The notes under the pieces are model-generated. The model was not told the DNA's origin. It did no database searches and worked only from the letters and a program-made list of their open reading frames with translations. DNA of 64,000 nucleotides from a virus: IMG/VR virus record IMGVR_UViG_3300037510_000387. One strand, written 5' to 3'. Both the position numbers and the translations under genes were made by a program. Positions 16,211-24,527 of the stretch are shown here, in pieces; within the stretch, counting starts at the first letter, position 1, and each line of letters starts with the position of its first letter.

Positions 16211-16946
16211 AGACGCTGAGCTGGCGCATTCCTTGGCCGTCTCGCAAGGGATGTATGGGACGCCCCCGTTTGTGAAAGTCATGAATCCGGGAACGCTAGA
16301 GGGGCGCGTTTTCGTTAAAGCGGAGTGGGACGGTAAGCGCTTGTCCATAACTGGCGTAGATGGCCCCATGCATAACGGCGACGCACGCGGCGGGTGCGGT
16401 CAAATTAGCCTTAAAGATGCTCTCCCCGTGAAGCCCTGGACCGCCGAGATGATTGCGCGGCTCGCCGAGATCTGGCATCGTTGGCACTTAAACGATATGC
16501 GTGCCGGATGCGAGCACCAGCGTGCGGAATTCGACGCAGGGAGGATGCTGGAGCTGCAAGAGTTGACATGGGGTGACGCGTACAACAAGGCAAGGGGGCG
16601 CGCCGTTAGTGGCGAGATGACACCAGGCGAGTATCGGGAGCACCAGCGCCGTACCGTGATCGTCGAGCGCCTAACGATTGCCATGGATCGGCCAAAGCAT
16701 CCCGACCTGTGGGGCGAGGACGGCGAGGAAATGTTGCGGGCTGATATGGTGAAGCTCGGGAAAAGGGAAGTCAGGGCGGCCGGATGGGTGAGTTACAGGG
16801 AGCACCCAGAGGGCTTGCTGTCGCGCACCTGCCCAACCTGCGGATATCGCTATGGCACGGCGTGGCTCCATGAAGATGTGCCGCCGGAGGTGCTAGAAGA
16901 GATCAAAGCGTTCCCGGACGCGCGGATTACTCCGGCGTGGATTTAG
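16185..16946 (+). CDS. conserved phage hypothetical protein with C-terminal zinc finger
   Basis: WHRWHLNDMRAGC...CPTCGYRYGTAW. Confidence 0.75.
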   Translation: MENLPLTTKDAELAHSLAVSQGMYGTPPFVKVMNPGTLEGRVFVKAEWDGKRLSITGVDGPMHNGDARGGCGQISLKDALPVKPWTAEMIARLAEIWHRWHLNDMRAGCEHQRAEFDAGRMLELQELTWGDAYNKARGRAVSGEMTPGEYREHQRRTVIVERLTIAMDRPKHPDLWGEDGEEMLRADMVKLGKREVRAAGWVSYREHPEGLLSRTCPTCGYRYGTAWLHEDVPPEVLEEIKAFPDARITPAWI

Positions 16947-17036
16947 GCGGCCTTGACGGCGAGAGCATCGCGCCTGGCCCTCCGCTGGGCGCCTGAAGCT
17001 AACAGCGCCACAGAGCGCAGAAAGTGAGAACGTCAA

Positions 17037-17537
17037 ATGAACGTCACAAGCAAAACCGCCAGTACCTACGACCTCGCCGAAGCCGCGCGCATGGCCGCGC
17101 AAGAAGTGGGCGTCCGTCTCTACAACCTGCGCGACTCAGGCCGTGGGATCGCCTTCACCCTCAAAACGGGGGAGCCCAGCGAACAGCGCACGGACTGGCG
17201 CGGCAAGCTCCGGTGGGCGCCTAAGTACCAGCGCCAAAGCCAGCGCGAACGCGTGAGCACGGCCAGGGGGCACGAAGGGGAAATGTTTTACCCAACGATC
17301 CCGGGGGCGGTCTGCTGGCATGGACATCGCGATTTTTTACGCGCGCTCTATGCCAGGGTCCCCGACGCCAAGGTCCGCACGGCGTTTACGACGTACCAGA
17401 ACGCCGCGCATTTCGAGGCGACGTATCGCGACACCTACGACGGGCCGCAACGGGACGCCAGTCCCAAAAACCAGGGGTTTGCTAGTTACGCCCGGCCGTA
17501 TCAGGACGCATGCTCCTGCGATGAGGGGGGCGTCTAG
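17037..17537 (+). CDS. early hypothetical protein
   Basis: CWHGHRDF motif; 166 aa. Confidence 0.7.
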   Translation: MNVTSKTASTYDLAEAARMAAQEVGVRLYNLRDSGRGIAFTLKTGEPSEQRTDWRGKLRWAPKYQRQSQRERVSTARGHEGEMFYPTIPGAVCWHGHRDFLRALYARVPDAKVRTAFTTYQNAAHFEATYRDTYDGPQRDASPKNQGFASYARPYQDACSCDEGGV

Positions 17538-17846
17538 ATGCCTATCACGAAGAAGCAAGCGGAGAAGGAGGTCAACTTTGCGCTGGCCCAGTTTGACATG
17601 CGAATTCAAGCGATTGCCAACCGAGTTCGCGAGGAGCGCGTGATTTCAGCATGCCGCAGGATCGGAGGGAGCTTTTCGTCCGGCATGGGCACGTTTGGAT
17701 TCTACGACCACAGCGGGAGTCCCATCATGGAATGGGAGGCCGGCCCGTTTCGCCTGGAATCGGTGCTCGAAGTGCTAAACCTGGAGATCACGCACGGTCG
17801 TTACCTGGGAGACTGGGTGCTCGACGTGCCGCGCGTAGACCGTTGA
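17538..17846 (+). CDS. early hypothetical protein
   Basis: abuts the previous stop (TAGATG); GAGGGG RBS. Confidence 0.65.
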   Translation: MPITKKQAEKEVNFALAQFDMRIQAIANRVREERVISACRRIGGSFSSGMGTFGFYDHSGSPIMEWEAGPFRLESVLEVLNLEITHGRYLGDWVLDVPRVDR

Positions 17847-17927
17847 AGCCAGGTCCGGACCCACACGCCGCACGGGTCCGGGCTCCGCTTGAGCGGCCCG
17901 CGCAAAGGGCCAGAAAGGGAAGGCACT

Positions 17928-18092
17928 ATGTCTGCACAGTCGCGCCGCAAGTCGTGGCGGAAAAGAGTCGAGCGCCGCTATCCGTGGATGACTGGGGGGC
18001 TTCGATGGGTCAACGGGTTTTTGTGTGACCGGAACGGGGCCCCGCTGGTGCTGGTGCGCAACCAGCCGCCGCGCATTCTCAAGAGGGGGTGA
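17928..18092 (+). CDS. small basic hypothetical protein
   Basis: AAGGGAAGG RBS. Confidence 0.5.
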   Translation: MSAQSRRKSWRKRVERRYPWMTGGLRWVNGFLCDRNGAPLVLVRNQPPRILKRG

Positions 18093-18095
18093 GCC

Positions 18096-18860
18096 GTGCT
18101 AGAAGCCTATCCATTATGTGCGTGCGGACATCGACACGACCACCACAGGCACCACGAGCCAAAAGGGTGCTACCAGTGCGAAAAGTGCCAAGGGTACGAG
18201 CCGTGCGGGGGTGCAATGCGAGATACGCTGTACGGGGAGCTTCCTGCACTGGGACCTAATCTAAACTCGCCGATCATGGAAGCAGCACAGGAAGCCGACT
18301 GGCAACAAGTGGCATTGAACGGCGGTCCTCCGTGTTTTCACCTGGAGGGGAACGTGGTGCCGCGGCTCTGCCTGCGAGCCAGAAGATGGGCAGGGCACGA
18401 CACGGACCACACGTATGTGTCGTTGGGTGACTTGCTGAGCCGTGCGCTGGGACCTAATCTAAACTCGCACGACCCTGGCCTCGACGAGCGCCTGGCGGGA
18501 TTCGCCGACGCTGAGGGCTTGGTGCTCGCGATGTTGGACGACATGGCCGAGAAAGAACGAGCGAAACCGCCGGAGCTTTTTGCTGTTCGCAACCCGACAC
18601 GGGCCCAGGTGCTCGATGAGCTGTCGCTGGCACTGCGTATGGGGCAGCACCGTGCCGCCGAGTACGGGGACCCCGACCTCGCGCGCCGGCTCGAACGGGC
18701 GCACCAGCAAATGGCGAACAGCGCGGATCGAGGGCGCCGTGGTGGGAAAAAGGCGAGCGCTGGCATGACGAAAGCCGAGAGGGTACGAAAGGCTAAACTG
18801 GCGGCTGAGGCCCGATGGGGCAAGCGCCGCGACACAACCACGAAGGAGGGCTCACTGTGA
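18096..18860 (+). CDS. mosaic protein with C-terminal basic DNA-binding-type motif
   Basis: N-terminal Cys/His cluster; two GPNLNS repeats; C-terminal GGKKASAGMTKAERVRKAKLAAEARW. Confidence 0.65.
   Translation: MLEAYPLCACGHRHDHHRHHEPKGCYQCEKCQGYEPCGGAMRDTLYGELPALGPNLNSPIMEAAQEADWQQVALNGGPPCFHLEGNVVPRLCLRARRWAGHDTDHTYVSLGDLLSRALGPNLNSHDPGLDERLAGFADAEGLVLAMLDDMAEKERAKPPELFAVRNPTRAQVLDELSLALRMGQHRAAEYGDPDLARRLERAHQQMANSADRGRRGGKKASAGMTKAERVRKAKLAAEARWGKRRDTTTKEGSL
18249..18468 (+). repeat. 22-bp exact direct repeat CTGGGACCTAATCTAAACTCGC (third partial copy at 19507-19527)
   Basis: copies at 18249-18270 and 18447-18468; CACTGGGACCTAATCCAAAAC at 19507. Confidence 0.9.
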
Positions 18861-19222
18861 GTCAGCACAAATGGATGTTGGACAACTGGACCTATACGAT
18901 CTCCGAAAACAGCCCAACCACCGTAGTGGTTTCGGCCAATGACGGATCGGGCATGGGAAGGCTGTACGTGCCGAGCGAGGTTGGTCGAGAGATGCTCCGT
19001 CTGGCCCAAGAGCACGAAATGCAAAACGCCGAGGAGGAGTCCCGGCAGGCGTGGCGTAAGCGTGCTAAGAAATGGGAGGCCATGCTGGTCGCTGTAGCCC
19101 AAAAACTGGAACGATGGGCAGCAGAATCGAAGGTTGGGGGCTGGTCCACCCATCAAGTCAAGCCACAGCAAGATCTGGCCGCTGAAATCTTCATCGAATT
19201 GGGCCGTGCGAGGTTCCAATGA
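18857..19222 (+). CDS. hypothetical protein
   Basis: AAGGAGG RBS; GTGA overlap. Confidence 0.7.
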   Translation: MSQHKWMLDNWTYTISENSPTTVVVSANDGSGMGRLYVPSEVGREMLRLAQEHEMQNAEEESRQAWRKRAKKWEAMLVAVAQKLERWAAESKVGGWSTHQVKPQQDLAAEIFIELGRARFQ

Positions 19223-19494
19223 GCGCCTTCAACCACGACATTATCCAACAAATTGCTGCTTTGCACGCGCATAACGTATGCTCGTACCTGCGCGGGCGGC
19301 TCAACGCGCGCGTCGTAGAACGTCTGGCACCAGCGAACGACGGGCACGGGCTGACACGATACCGGCTCGTGTTCCGGGCTCGTGGGGCAAGCGCAAACGA
19401 CAAAACTGGGCACCGCGAATGGACGGGGACGCTGCCCGAGATCTGCCGGGAGTACGGGCTCGATATCGGGCGGGTCGTGGAGCAATGCCGATGA
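19219..19494 (+). CDS. hypothetical protein
   Basis: ATGA overlap. Confidence 0.6.
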   Translation: MSAFNHDIIQQIAALHAHNVCSYLRGRLNARVVERLAPANDGHGLTRYRLVFRARGASANDKTGHREWTGTLPEICREYGLDIGRVVEQCR

Positions 19495-19542
19495 GCACCG
19501 GCTAAACACTGGGACCTAATCCAAAACACGAAAGGGGACAAG

Positions 19543-19893
19543 ATGAAAATTCACCTGCTCAAGGAAGGCGCAACCTCAAAGCTCGATCTCTTTATTGATG
19601 GGATCTCATCGGTCGAAGAGCTGCGAGAGGCTGTGGGGGCTTTGGGGCTCACGGACCAACTCGACGACGAGGGAAAGATCATCGAATCAGATTTTGGATC
19701 GGCGGAGCCGTCACCTTCGACCTTCACTCGAATCAACGACCTGGCCCAGGGAATGATCGTTCGGCATCGGGGGCTCGGAACCCGCTACGCGATCATGGGT
19801 GTCTATGGGGATCATGCAACGGGAATTTGGACCTGTGACATCTCAAACCCCACCGAGTGGGAGATCGTCTACAGGCCCGGGCACTCAGCCTGA
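19543..19893 (+). CDS. hypothetical protein
   Basis: AAAGGGG RBS; C-terminal KOW/SH3-like segment. Confidence 0.7.
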   Translation: MKIHLLKEGATSKLDLFIDGISSVEELREAVGALGLTDQLDDEGKIIESDFGSAEPSPSTFTRINDLAQGMIVRHRGLGTRYAIMGVYGDHATGIWTCDISNPTEWEIVYRPGHSA

Positions 19894-19897
19894 TTGC

Positions 19898-20662
19898 CTA
19901 GCGCCAAACGCCGGCTTCGACAGCTCGCAGGAGCGCTCTTAGTCGGCGTTCTCTTTCCTCTAGCCGTGCATCTAATTCCGCCACGACCCCCCGCATGGCC
20001 CGCGCGTGCTCGCCCAACACTCCCTCCTGCCCCTCCAGCGCGGCCATCACAGCGACGACGCCCAACGTGCTCGACCCGATCCCCAACCGTCCAGCCAGGT
20101 CGTGCAGCTCGGTGTGGACGTACTCCGGAGCCTTCCAACGCCGTTTCTCGCCGCCCATCGCGTACGTGGGGTCTGAGATCGTGAACTTAAAACCCCGGCG
20201 CCAGGTCTCGATCGTTTCGGCGGCAATGACATTGAGCTGGTCGTCGTTGTCCAGGTCCGCGAGCACGTTGCACAGGCTCTGAGCGGCCGGCAACCCCGCG
20301 TATCGCGCGAGCCCAGCGAACAGCAGGCACGACAACGCCGCGGCCCAATCGGCCCGGTGGGTGCGGTTCCGGGCCAGGACCCGGCGCAGGTTGAGCGAGA
20401 GGTAGGTGGGGAAGCCGTGCAGCGTGACCAGCTCTTTGGGTGAGGTGGCGTGGGCGTGCGAGGCCTGGCGCAGGTCGTCGAGCAGGGAGTAGTTGGCGAG
20501 GGGGTCCGAGGCCGCGTGGTCCGGGTGGAACGAGGGGATCAGGGGAGGGGGGAGGGGCTGGGGCGGGAAAGCGAGCACAGGGGCCAGGGACGAGGCAGTG
20601 GGCGGGGAGGCAATGAGCATTGACGATTGGACTGTTTCGACGGCGGCCTGGGCTTTGGGCAT
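19898..20662 (-). CDS. putative transcriptional regulator (possibly tandem RHH-like), divergent from 20837
   Basis: two strand-helix-helix-like segments (TLHGFPTYLSLNLRRV...; RWKAPEYVHTELHDLAGRLGI...); C-terminal coiled coil. Confidence 0.55.
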   Translation of the reverse strand: MPKAQAAVETVQSSMLIASPPTASSLAPVLAFPPQPLPPPLIPSFHPDHAASDPLANYSLLDDLRQASHAHATSPKELVTLHGFPTYLSLNLRRVLARNRTHRADWAAALSCLLFAGLARYAGLPAAQSLCNVLADLDNDDQLNVIAAETIETWRRGFKFTISDPTYAMGGEKRRWKAPEYVHTELHDLAGRLGIGSSTLGVVAVMAALEGQEGVLGEHARAMRGVVAELDARLEERERRLRALLRAVEAGVWR

Positions 20663-20740
20663 GGCGAAGACCCTCAAGATAGAACAGGGCGTACAGGTTA
20701 CAGGGCGAACACGGGCGCTGCTTGGGTGCTGCAAAGCCTT

Positions 20741-20771
20741 ATTGTAGCAGGGTTTCGGGCTGGGGATACCC
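20741..20771 (-). promoter_or_regulatory. leftward extended -10 promoter with GGGGATACCC box at the -35 position
   Basis: TGC-TACAAT on the minus strand; box at 20762-20771. Confidence 0.5.
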
Positions 20772-20799
20772 GACAATGATTTCCGGAACGAGATGGGTG

Positions 20800-20828
20800 T
20801 TGACGGGGTGGGGATGCCCTGCTAGGCT
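20800..20828 (+). promoter_or_regulatory. rightward promoter with GGGGATGCCC box; leaderless transcript likely
   Basis: TTGACG-17nt-TAGGCT; ATG lies 9 nt downstream. Confidence 0.7.
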
Positions 20829-20836
20829 CGGGTCCA

Positions 20837-21031
20837 ATGAGTGACTCCAGCCCATCGCACGTCAACCGCGTCAAGGTCCAGTTCTGGGTCCCGGCGGAAG
20901 CTGCCGGCGACATCGAACGGTGGCGTGAGGTCGCGCAGGCACAAGGGATGGAGCTGGGGCCCTGGTTGCGGGAAACAGCCAACTTCGCGGTCGATCAGGT
21001 CGCACGGAAACGGAGGGCTTCAAATGCTTAA
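20837..21031 (+). CDS. ribbon-helix-helix (CopG/Arc-like) regulator
   Basis: RVKVQFWVPAEAAGDIERWREVAQAQGMELGPWLRETAN. Confidence 0.7.
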   Translation: MSDSSPSHVNRVKVQFWVPAEAAGDIERWREVAQAQGMELGPWLRETANFAVDQVARKRRASNA

Positions 21032-21257
21032 CATACGAACGCTGTTGCGGCTTGAGAAACGCACGGCGCAGCTCCGCGATCTTTATTCTCTGGCTTCAGC
21101 GCCAGTGCATCGAGCGCAAAGACGCCACCCGAAGTGCAATCTTTGCGATCTTCCCATTGAACCTCGCCAGAGCTTCTACGACCGAGGAACACGTAAGGGG
21201 CACGAGGACTGTGTAGATAGGGCGGTTGAGGCTCTTTTAGTCGGAGGCGTGTTGTGA
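21024..21257 (+). CDS. small zinc-binding hypothetical protein
   Basis: CNLC...HEDC; GGAGGG RBS. Confidence 0.6.
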   Translation: MLNIRTLLRLEKRTAQLRDLYSLASAPVHRAQRRHPKCNLCDLPIEPRQSFYDRGTRKGHEDCVDRAVEALLVGGVL

Positions 21258-21694
21258 CCCCCGACGAGGTGCAAACCGTCCGGTTCGTGTGCCAGTCCCT
21301 CGTATGGGGTGTGGCGATCGTGCTGGGCGTCGTGCTCCCGTGGGCGGCGTCGGCCCGGGCGCTCAGGATTCCGCGCGCGGAAGTGGGCGCGTGGGCGCCG
21401 CGCAAAGGGTGGGGCGGGGAAACAAAGGCGCCGGGCGGACGGCGGAAATCGAAAACCGCACGAGCCAAGAAGACGAGGTGCAAGGCGCCCGTGCTCGTCC
21501 CGACTGCGGTGGCGCCCGCTGCACCGGCGTTCGTGTGGGACCAGGACGCGCTCGATGCTGTCGCCGCGTGCCGGAGCCTGGGGTTCAAGGACAAGGAAGC
21601 GCGGGCGGTGGTCGAGGAGTTGCGAGGGAAAGAGCCTGGCGCTGATTGTGGGAGACTGGCGAAGATGGCAATTGGCCGACTTGGAAGGAGCTAA
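21254..21694 (+). CDS. membrane-anchored protein with RuvA C-terminal-like domain
   Basis: N-terminal hydrophobic helix, basic linker, then DALDAVAACRSLGFKDKEARAVVEEL...CGRLAKMAIGRL. Confidence 0.6.
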   Translation: MTPDEVQTVRFVCQSLVWGVAIVLGVVLPWAASARALRIPRAEVGAWAPRKGWGGETKAPGGRRKSKTARAKKTRCKAPVLVPTAVAPAAPAFVWDQDALDAVAACRSLGFKDKEARAVVEELRGKEPGADCGRLAKMAIGRLGRS

Positions 21695-21698
21695 CTCC

Positions 21699-21944
21699 AT
21701 GGCACAGCTGGAGCCTCGCGCGATCAAAAACGAGCTACTCGAATGGAGTCTTGGCCTTTGGGCCCATTCGATCAAAAAGGAGGGCGAGCTTTTCCGATGG
21801 ACAGGCGCTTTTCACCAGCCGAGCAGAAACGGAGGAAAAGTGCAGGTTGTTGATTTTGGGCTCATTTCTCAGGGGGCTTTCACTGCCATTTATGATCTGC
21901 TCCGAGGAATCCGCACGATTCTTGAGAAGAGGAGCGAAAAGTGA
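21699..21944 (+). CDS. hypothetical protein
   Basis: AAGGAG RBS. Confidence 0.6.
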   Translation: MAQLEPRAIKNELLEWSLGLWAHSIKKEGELFRWTGAFHQPSRNGGKVQVVDFGLISQGAFTAIYDLLRGIRTILEKRSEK

Positions 21945-22102
21945 AAGTACTCTATTTTTTGCAGGTCCGGCAGTCGATCATCCGACAGATCGAGGGCTTC
22001 AAGGTTCTCGACAGGCTGGCACCGTGCGGATGCCTCGATCGCCGCGCTCAGATACTCGCTGCGGACGCTAGGCTTGAGAAAATCGAGGCCCGGCTCAAGT
22101 GA
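21941..22102 (+). CDS. small hypothetical protein (53 aa, not in ORF track)
   Basis: AGGAG RBS; GTGA overlaps at both ends. Confidence 0.5.
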   Translation: MKVLYFLQVRQSIIRQIEGFKVLDRLAPCGCLDRRAQILAADARLEKIEARLK

Positions 22103-23871
22103 ATCCCGTTGACCTCGGTCTCCCGTCGCGTTTTCCCTCGTTCCGGACGTATGCCGGATTCGATCAACTGGCCGTGGCCCAAGAGCTGGCGGACAACTTC
22201 GCGGACACGGGTCTCGTTGGCGGGGTGTTCCACCGATTCCAGATGCTGCAAGCAGCGACTGGCAGTGGGAAAAGTTTAACAAGCGCGACCGTGGCCGCAC
22301 TGCTTGCTCGCGAAAAGGCCCAACATACACCGGACGAACCGTTCCGTTGGCTCGTGCTCACCGGCACGAAAGGGCTCCAGGCGCAGTACCTCGACGATGG
22401 TCTCGCCCAGTGCTCCGTCGTCGGCCATCGCAACTACCCCTGCATGCCCGCCTTCCGCCCGGGAATGGTATCGGCCGAGGACCCGGACGATCCCGAGTTC
22501 CGGTGCGCGGCGTTCCCCCGGGACACCTGTGGATATCTCAAGGACACAACCGCGGCAAGGGAATCGTCGGGCGTGGCTGGTGTCGTCGGAAACTACGCCC
22601 ACTGGCTGAGCCTCGGTCGGTACAGCGATCCGCGGCTGCTCGGGGATTTTGACCTTCTGGTGTGTGATGAGAGTCACTCGGCGGGCGAGTGGTTGACCCG
22701 CTCTATGCAGATCTACTTGAGCCCCTTCGCGATTGGCAAGCTTTTCGGCACCAACATCCCGTACCGGATGCCGGGTCACGCGAAGATCGAGGACTGGAAC
22801 GAGTGGTTCACCGAGCTGGCTGAGAAGGTCGAGGAACGCTACCAGTACCTCGCGATGGCGAAGGATGCACAGGGGGCACGACGTGCCGAACGCCTGAGCC
22901 GTGAGCTGGCACTGTTGCGAATCGCCGCGAGCCCCGAAGACCGTGACTATCAACAATGGGCCGAGCCTTGGGTCGTGATCCCACAAGACCAGCGGCCGGG
23001 CTGTGTGTTCTCGCCACGATGGGGCAGCGACTTCGCCGAGCGCTACTTGTTCCGCAGCATCCCACGGGTGTTGTTGACGAGCGCCACGGTCACGCCGCAA
23101 CACGCCAAGCAATTGGGAATCCCGGCCGACGAGATGCGTTTCCGTGAAGTGCCGAGCCCGTTCGACCCACGCCGGCGCCCTGTTGTGTACATCCCTACGA
23201 CTCGGGTCGATTACCGGATGACCGATGGACAACGTTGGCTCCTGATGCGTCGCATCGACCAGGTCATCGAAGCCGCGATTGAGCTGGGTGCAGGCAACGG
23301 GCTGATCCATTCGGTGAGCTATGAGTGGGCCGAACAGATCAAACGGGATTCGGCGTACTCGGCGGCCATCCTCACCCACGCGAGGGACTCAGCCGACTAT
23401 CAGCGCGTGCTCGAACAGTTCAAGGCCATGGGCCGGGCTGGACAGTTCGCCGTGATCTGTTCGCCCAGGATGGTCGAGGGTGTGGACCTGCCGGATGTGC
23501 TCTGTGCCTGGCAGGTGATTGTGAAGTGCCCAACGCCGAATTCGCAGGAACCGCTCGAAGCCGCACGGAACAAGGACCAAGGCTACCGGAACCTCGTCGT
23601 GGCGATGAAGGTCACGCAGATGTTGGGCCGGCCGGTGCGTGGGCTTGGGGACTATGCGACGACGTTTGTGTTCGACGACCACTGGGGCCAGCACGTCAGC
23701 CGAGAGTGTCCGTTCGCCCAGTGGGTGCGGGCGGCGTTCAAGACGGTGCGGCCCGATGACGTCGGAAGGGTGGATATCGGGAGAGAGCTGTTGACTCGGG
23801 ATAAAGTTGAGAAGTTGGGGCAGGCGCCGGTCGTGGCTGTCCCGCAAATTGTCCAGTTCATTCTGCCATAA
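22099..23871 (+). CDS. DinG/XPD-family SF2 helicase
   Basis: AATGSGKSL Walker A, RNYPC...C...C putative Fe-S cysteines, DESH Walker B, LLTSAT, EGVDLP, Q..GRPVR...DYATTFVFD. Confidence 0.9.
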   Translation: MNPVDLGLPSRFPSFRTYAGFDQLAVAQELADNFADTGLVGGVFHRFQMLQAATGSGKSLTSATVAALLAREKAQHTPDEPFRWLVLTGTKGLQAQYLDDGLAQCSVVGHRNYPCMPAFRPGMVSAEDPDDPEFRCAAFPRDTCGYLKDTTAARESSGVAGVVGNYAHWLSLGRYSDPRLLGDFDLLVCDESHSAGEWLTRSMQIYLSPFAIGKLFGTNIPYRMPGHAKIEDWNEWFTELAEKVEERYQYLAMAKDAQGARRAERLSRELALLRIAASPEDRDYQQWAEPWVVIPQDQRPGCVFSPRWGSDFAERYLFRSIPRVLLTSATVTPQHAKQLGIPADEMRFREVPSPFDPRRRPVVYIPTTRVDYRMTDGQRWLLMRRIDQVIEAAIELGAGNGLIHSVSYEWAEQIKRDSAYSAAILTHARDSADYQRVLEQFKAMGRAGQFAVICSPRMVEGVDLPDVLCAWQVIVKCPTPNSQEPLEAARNKDQGYRNLVVAMKVTQMLGRPVRGLGDYATTFVFDDHWGQHVSRECPFAQWVRAAFKTVRPDDVGRVDIGRELLTRDKVEKLGQAPVVAVPQIVQFILP

Positions 23872-23883
23872 AAAGGAGAGGAA

Positions 23884-24120
23884 ATGTCGACTAAATTCAA
23901 CTGGCGAACGCCGTTCGAGAGTGATCGAGTGCCGTTTCGTGACACCAACAACGCCCATTTAGAGGAGGCGCTCAACTCCGCACGAAACCAGAACGAGATC
24001 CTTGGCAACATGCTGGCCGAGGCTTTTGGCCGAATCAAACGACTCGAAAAACTCGCAAGACATGGCCGGCAGGGAGTTCCTCTCGGCCCTGTTACGGATA
24101 ACCCTCATGTCGAGGACTAG
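23884..24120 (+). CDS. hypothetical coiled-coil protein
   Basis: AAAGGAGAGG RBS. Confidence 0.6.
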   Translation: MSTKFNWRTPFESDRVPFRDTNNAHLEEALNSARNQNEILGNMLAEAFGRIKRLEKLARHGRQGVPLGPVTDNPHVED

Positions 24121-24130
24121 GGAGAATTCA

Positions 24131-24499
24131 ATGGAGCTGTTTACCGCAGAAGAAGCGTTTATTGAAGCCCGGTGGAAGCGTCGAGATTTTGGCGCAACGG
24201 ACGCCGACAACGTTGGGGCCGTTGGCCCTTTGCGTGGTGAGCTGCTTGGCCTGCTGGACGTCATCAAACAAACCGCCAGCGAGGGCCGGACCTTCATCGA
24301 CCTGGAAAAGCCCAAACCTGCGATCTGGCGTGCTCTTGAGCATCTCGGCTACAATTTCCAGGCCTTCAAGGAAAGCGATAGCTATGTTCGGTTGCACTGG
24401 GGCCCGTGCGTGGCTACGGATACCTACGACAAGGAAATGCGAGAGCGCCGAGAGATCGGTTACTATACCGGCATTGGCCGGCCGTTCGATCCCGTGTAA
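24131..24499 (+). CDS. hypothetical protein
   Basis: GGGAG RBS. Confidence 0.65.
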   Translation: MELFTAEEAFIEARWKRRDFGATDADNVGAVGPLRGELLGLLDVIKQTASEGRTFIDLEKPKPAIWRALEHLGYNFQAFKESDSYVRLHWGPCVATDTYDKEMRERREIGYYTGIGRPFDPV

Positions 24500-24527
24500 A
24501 ACCAACGTCCGCGAAAGGAGATCTATC

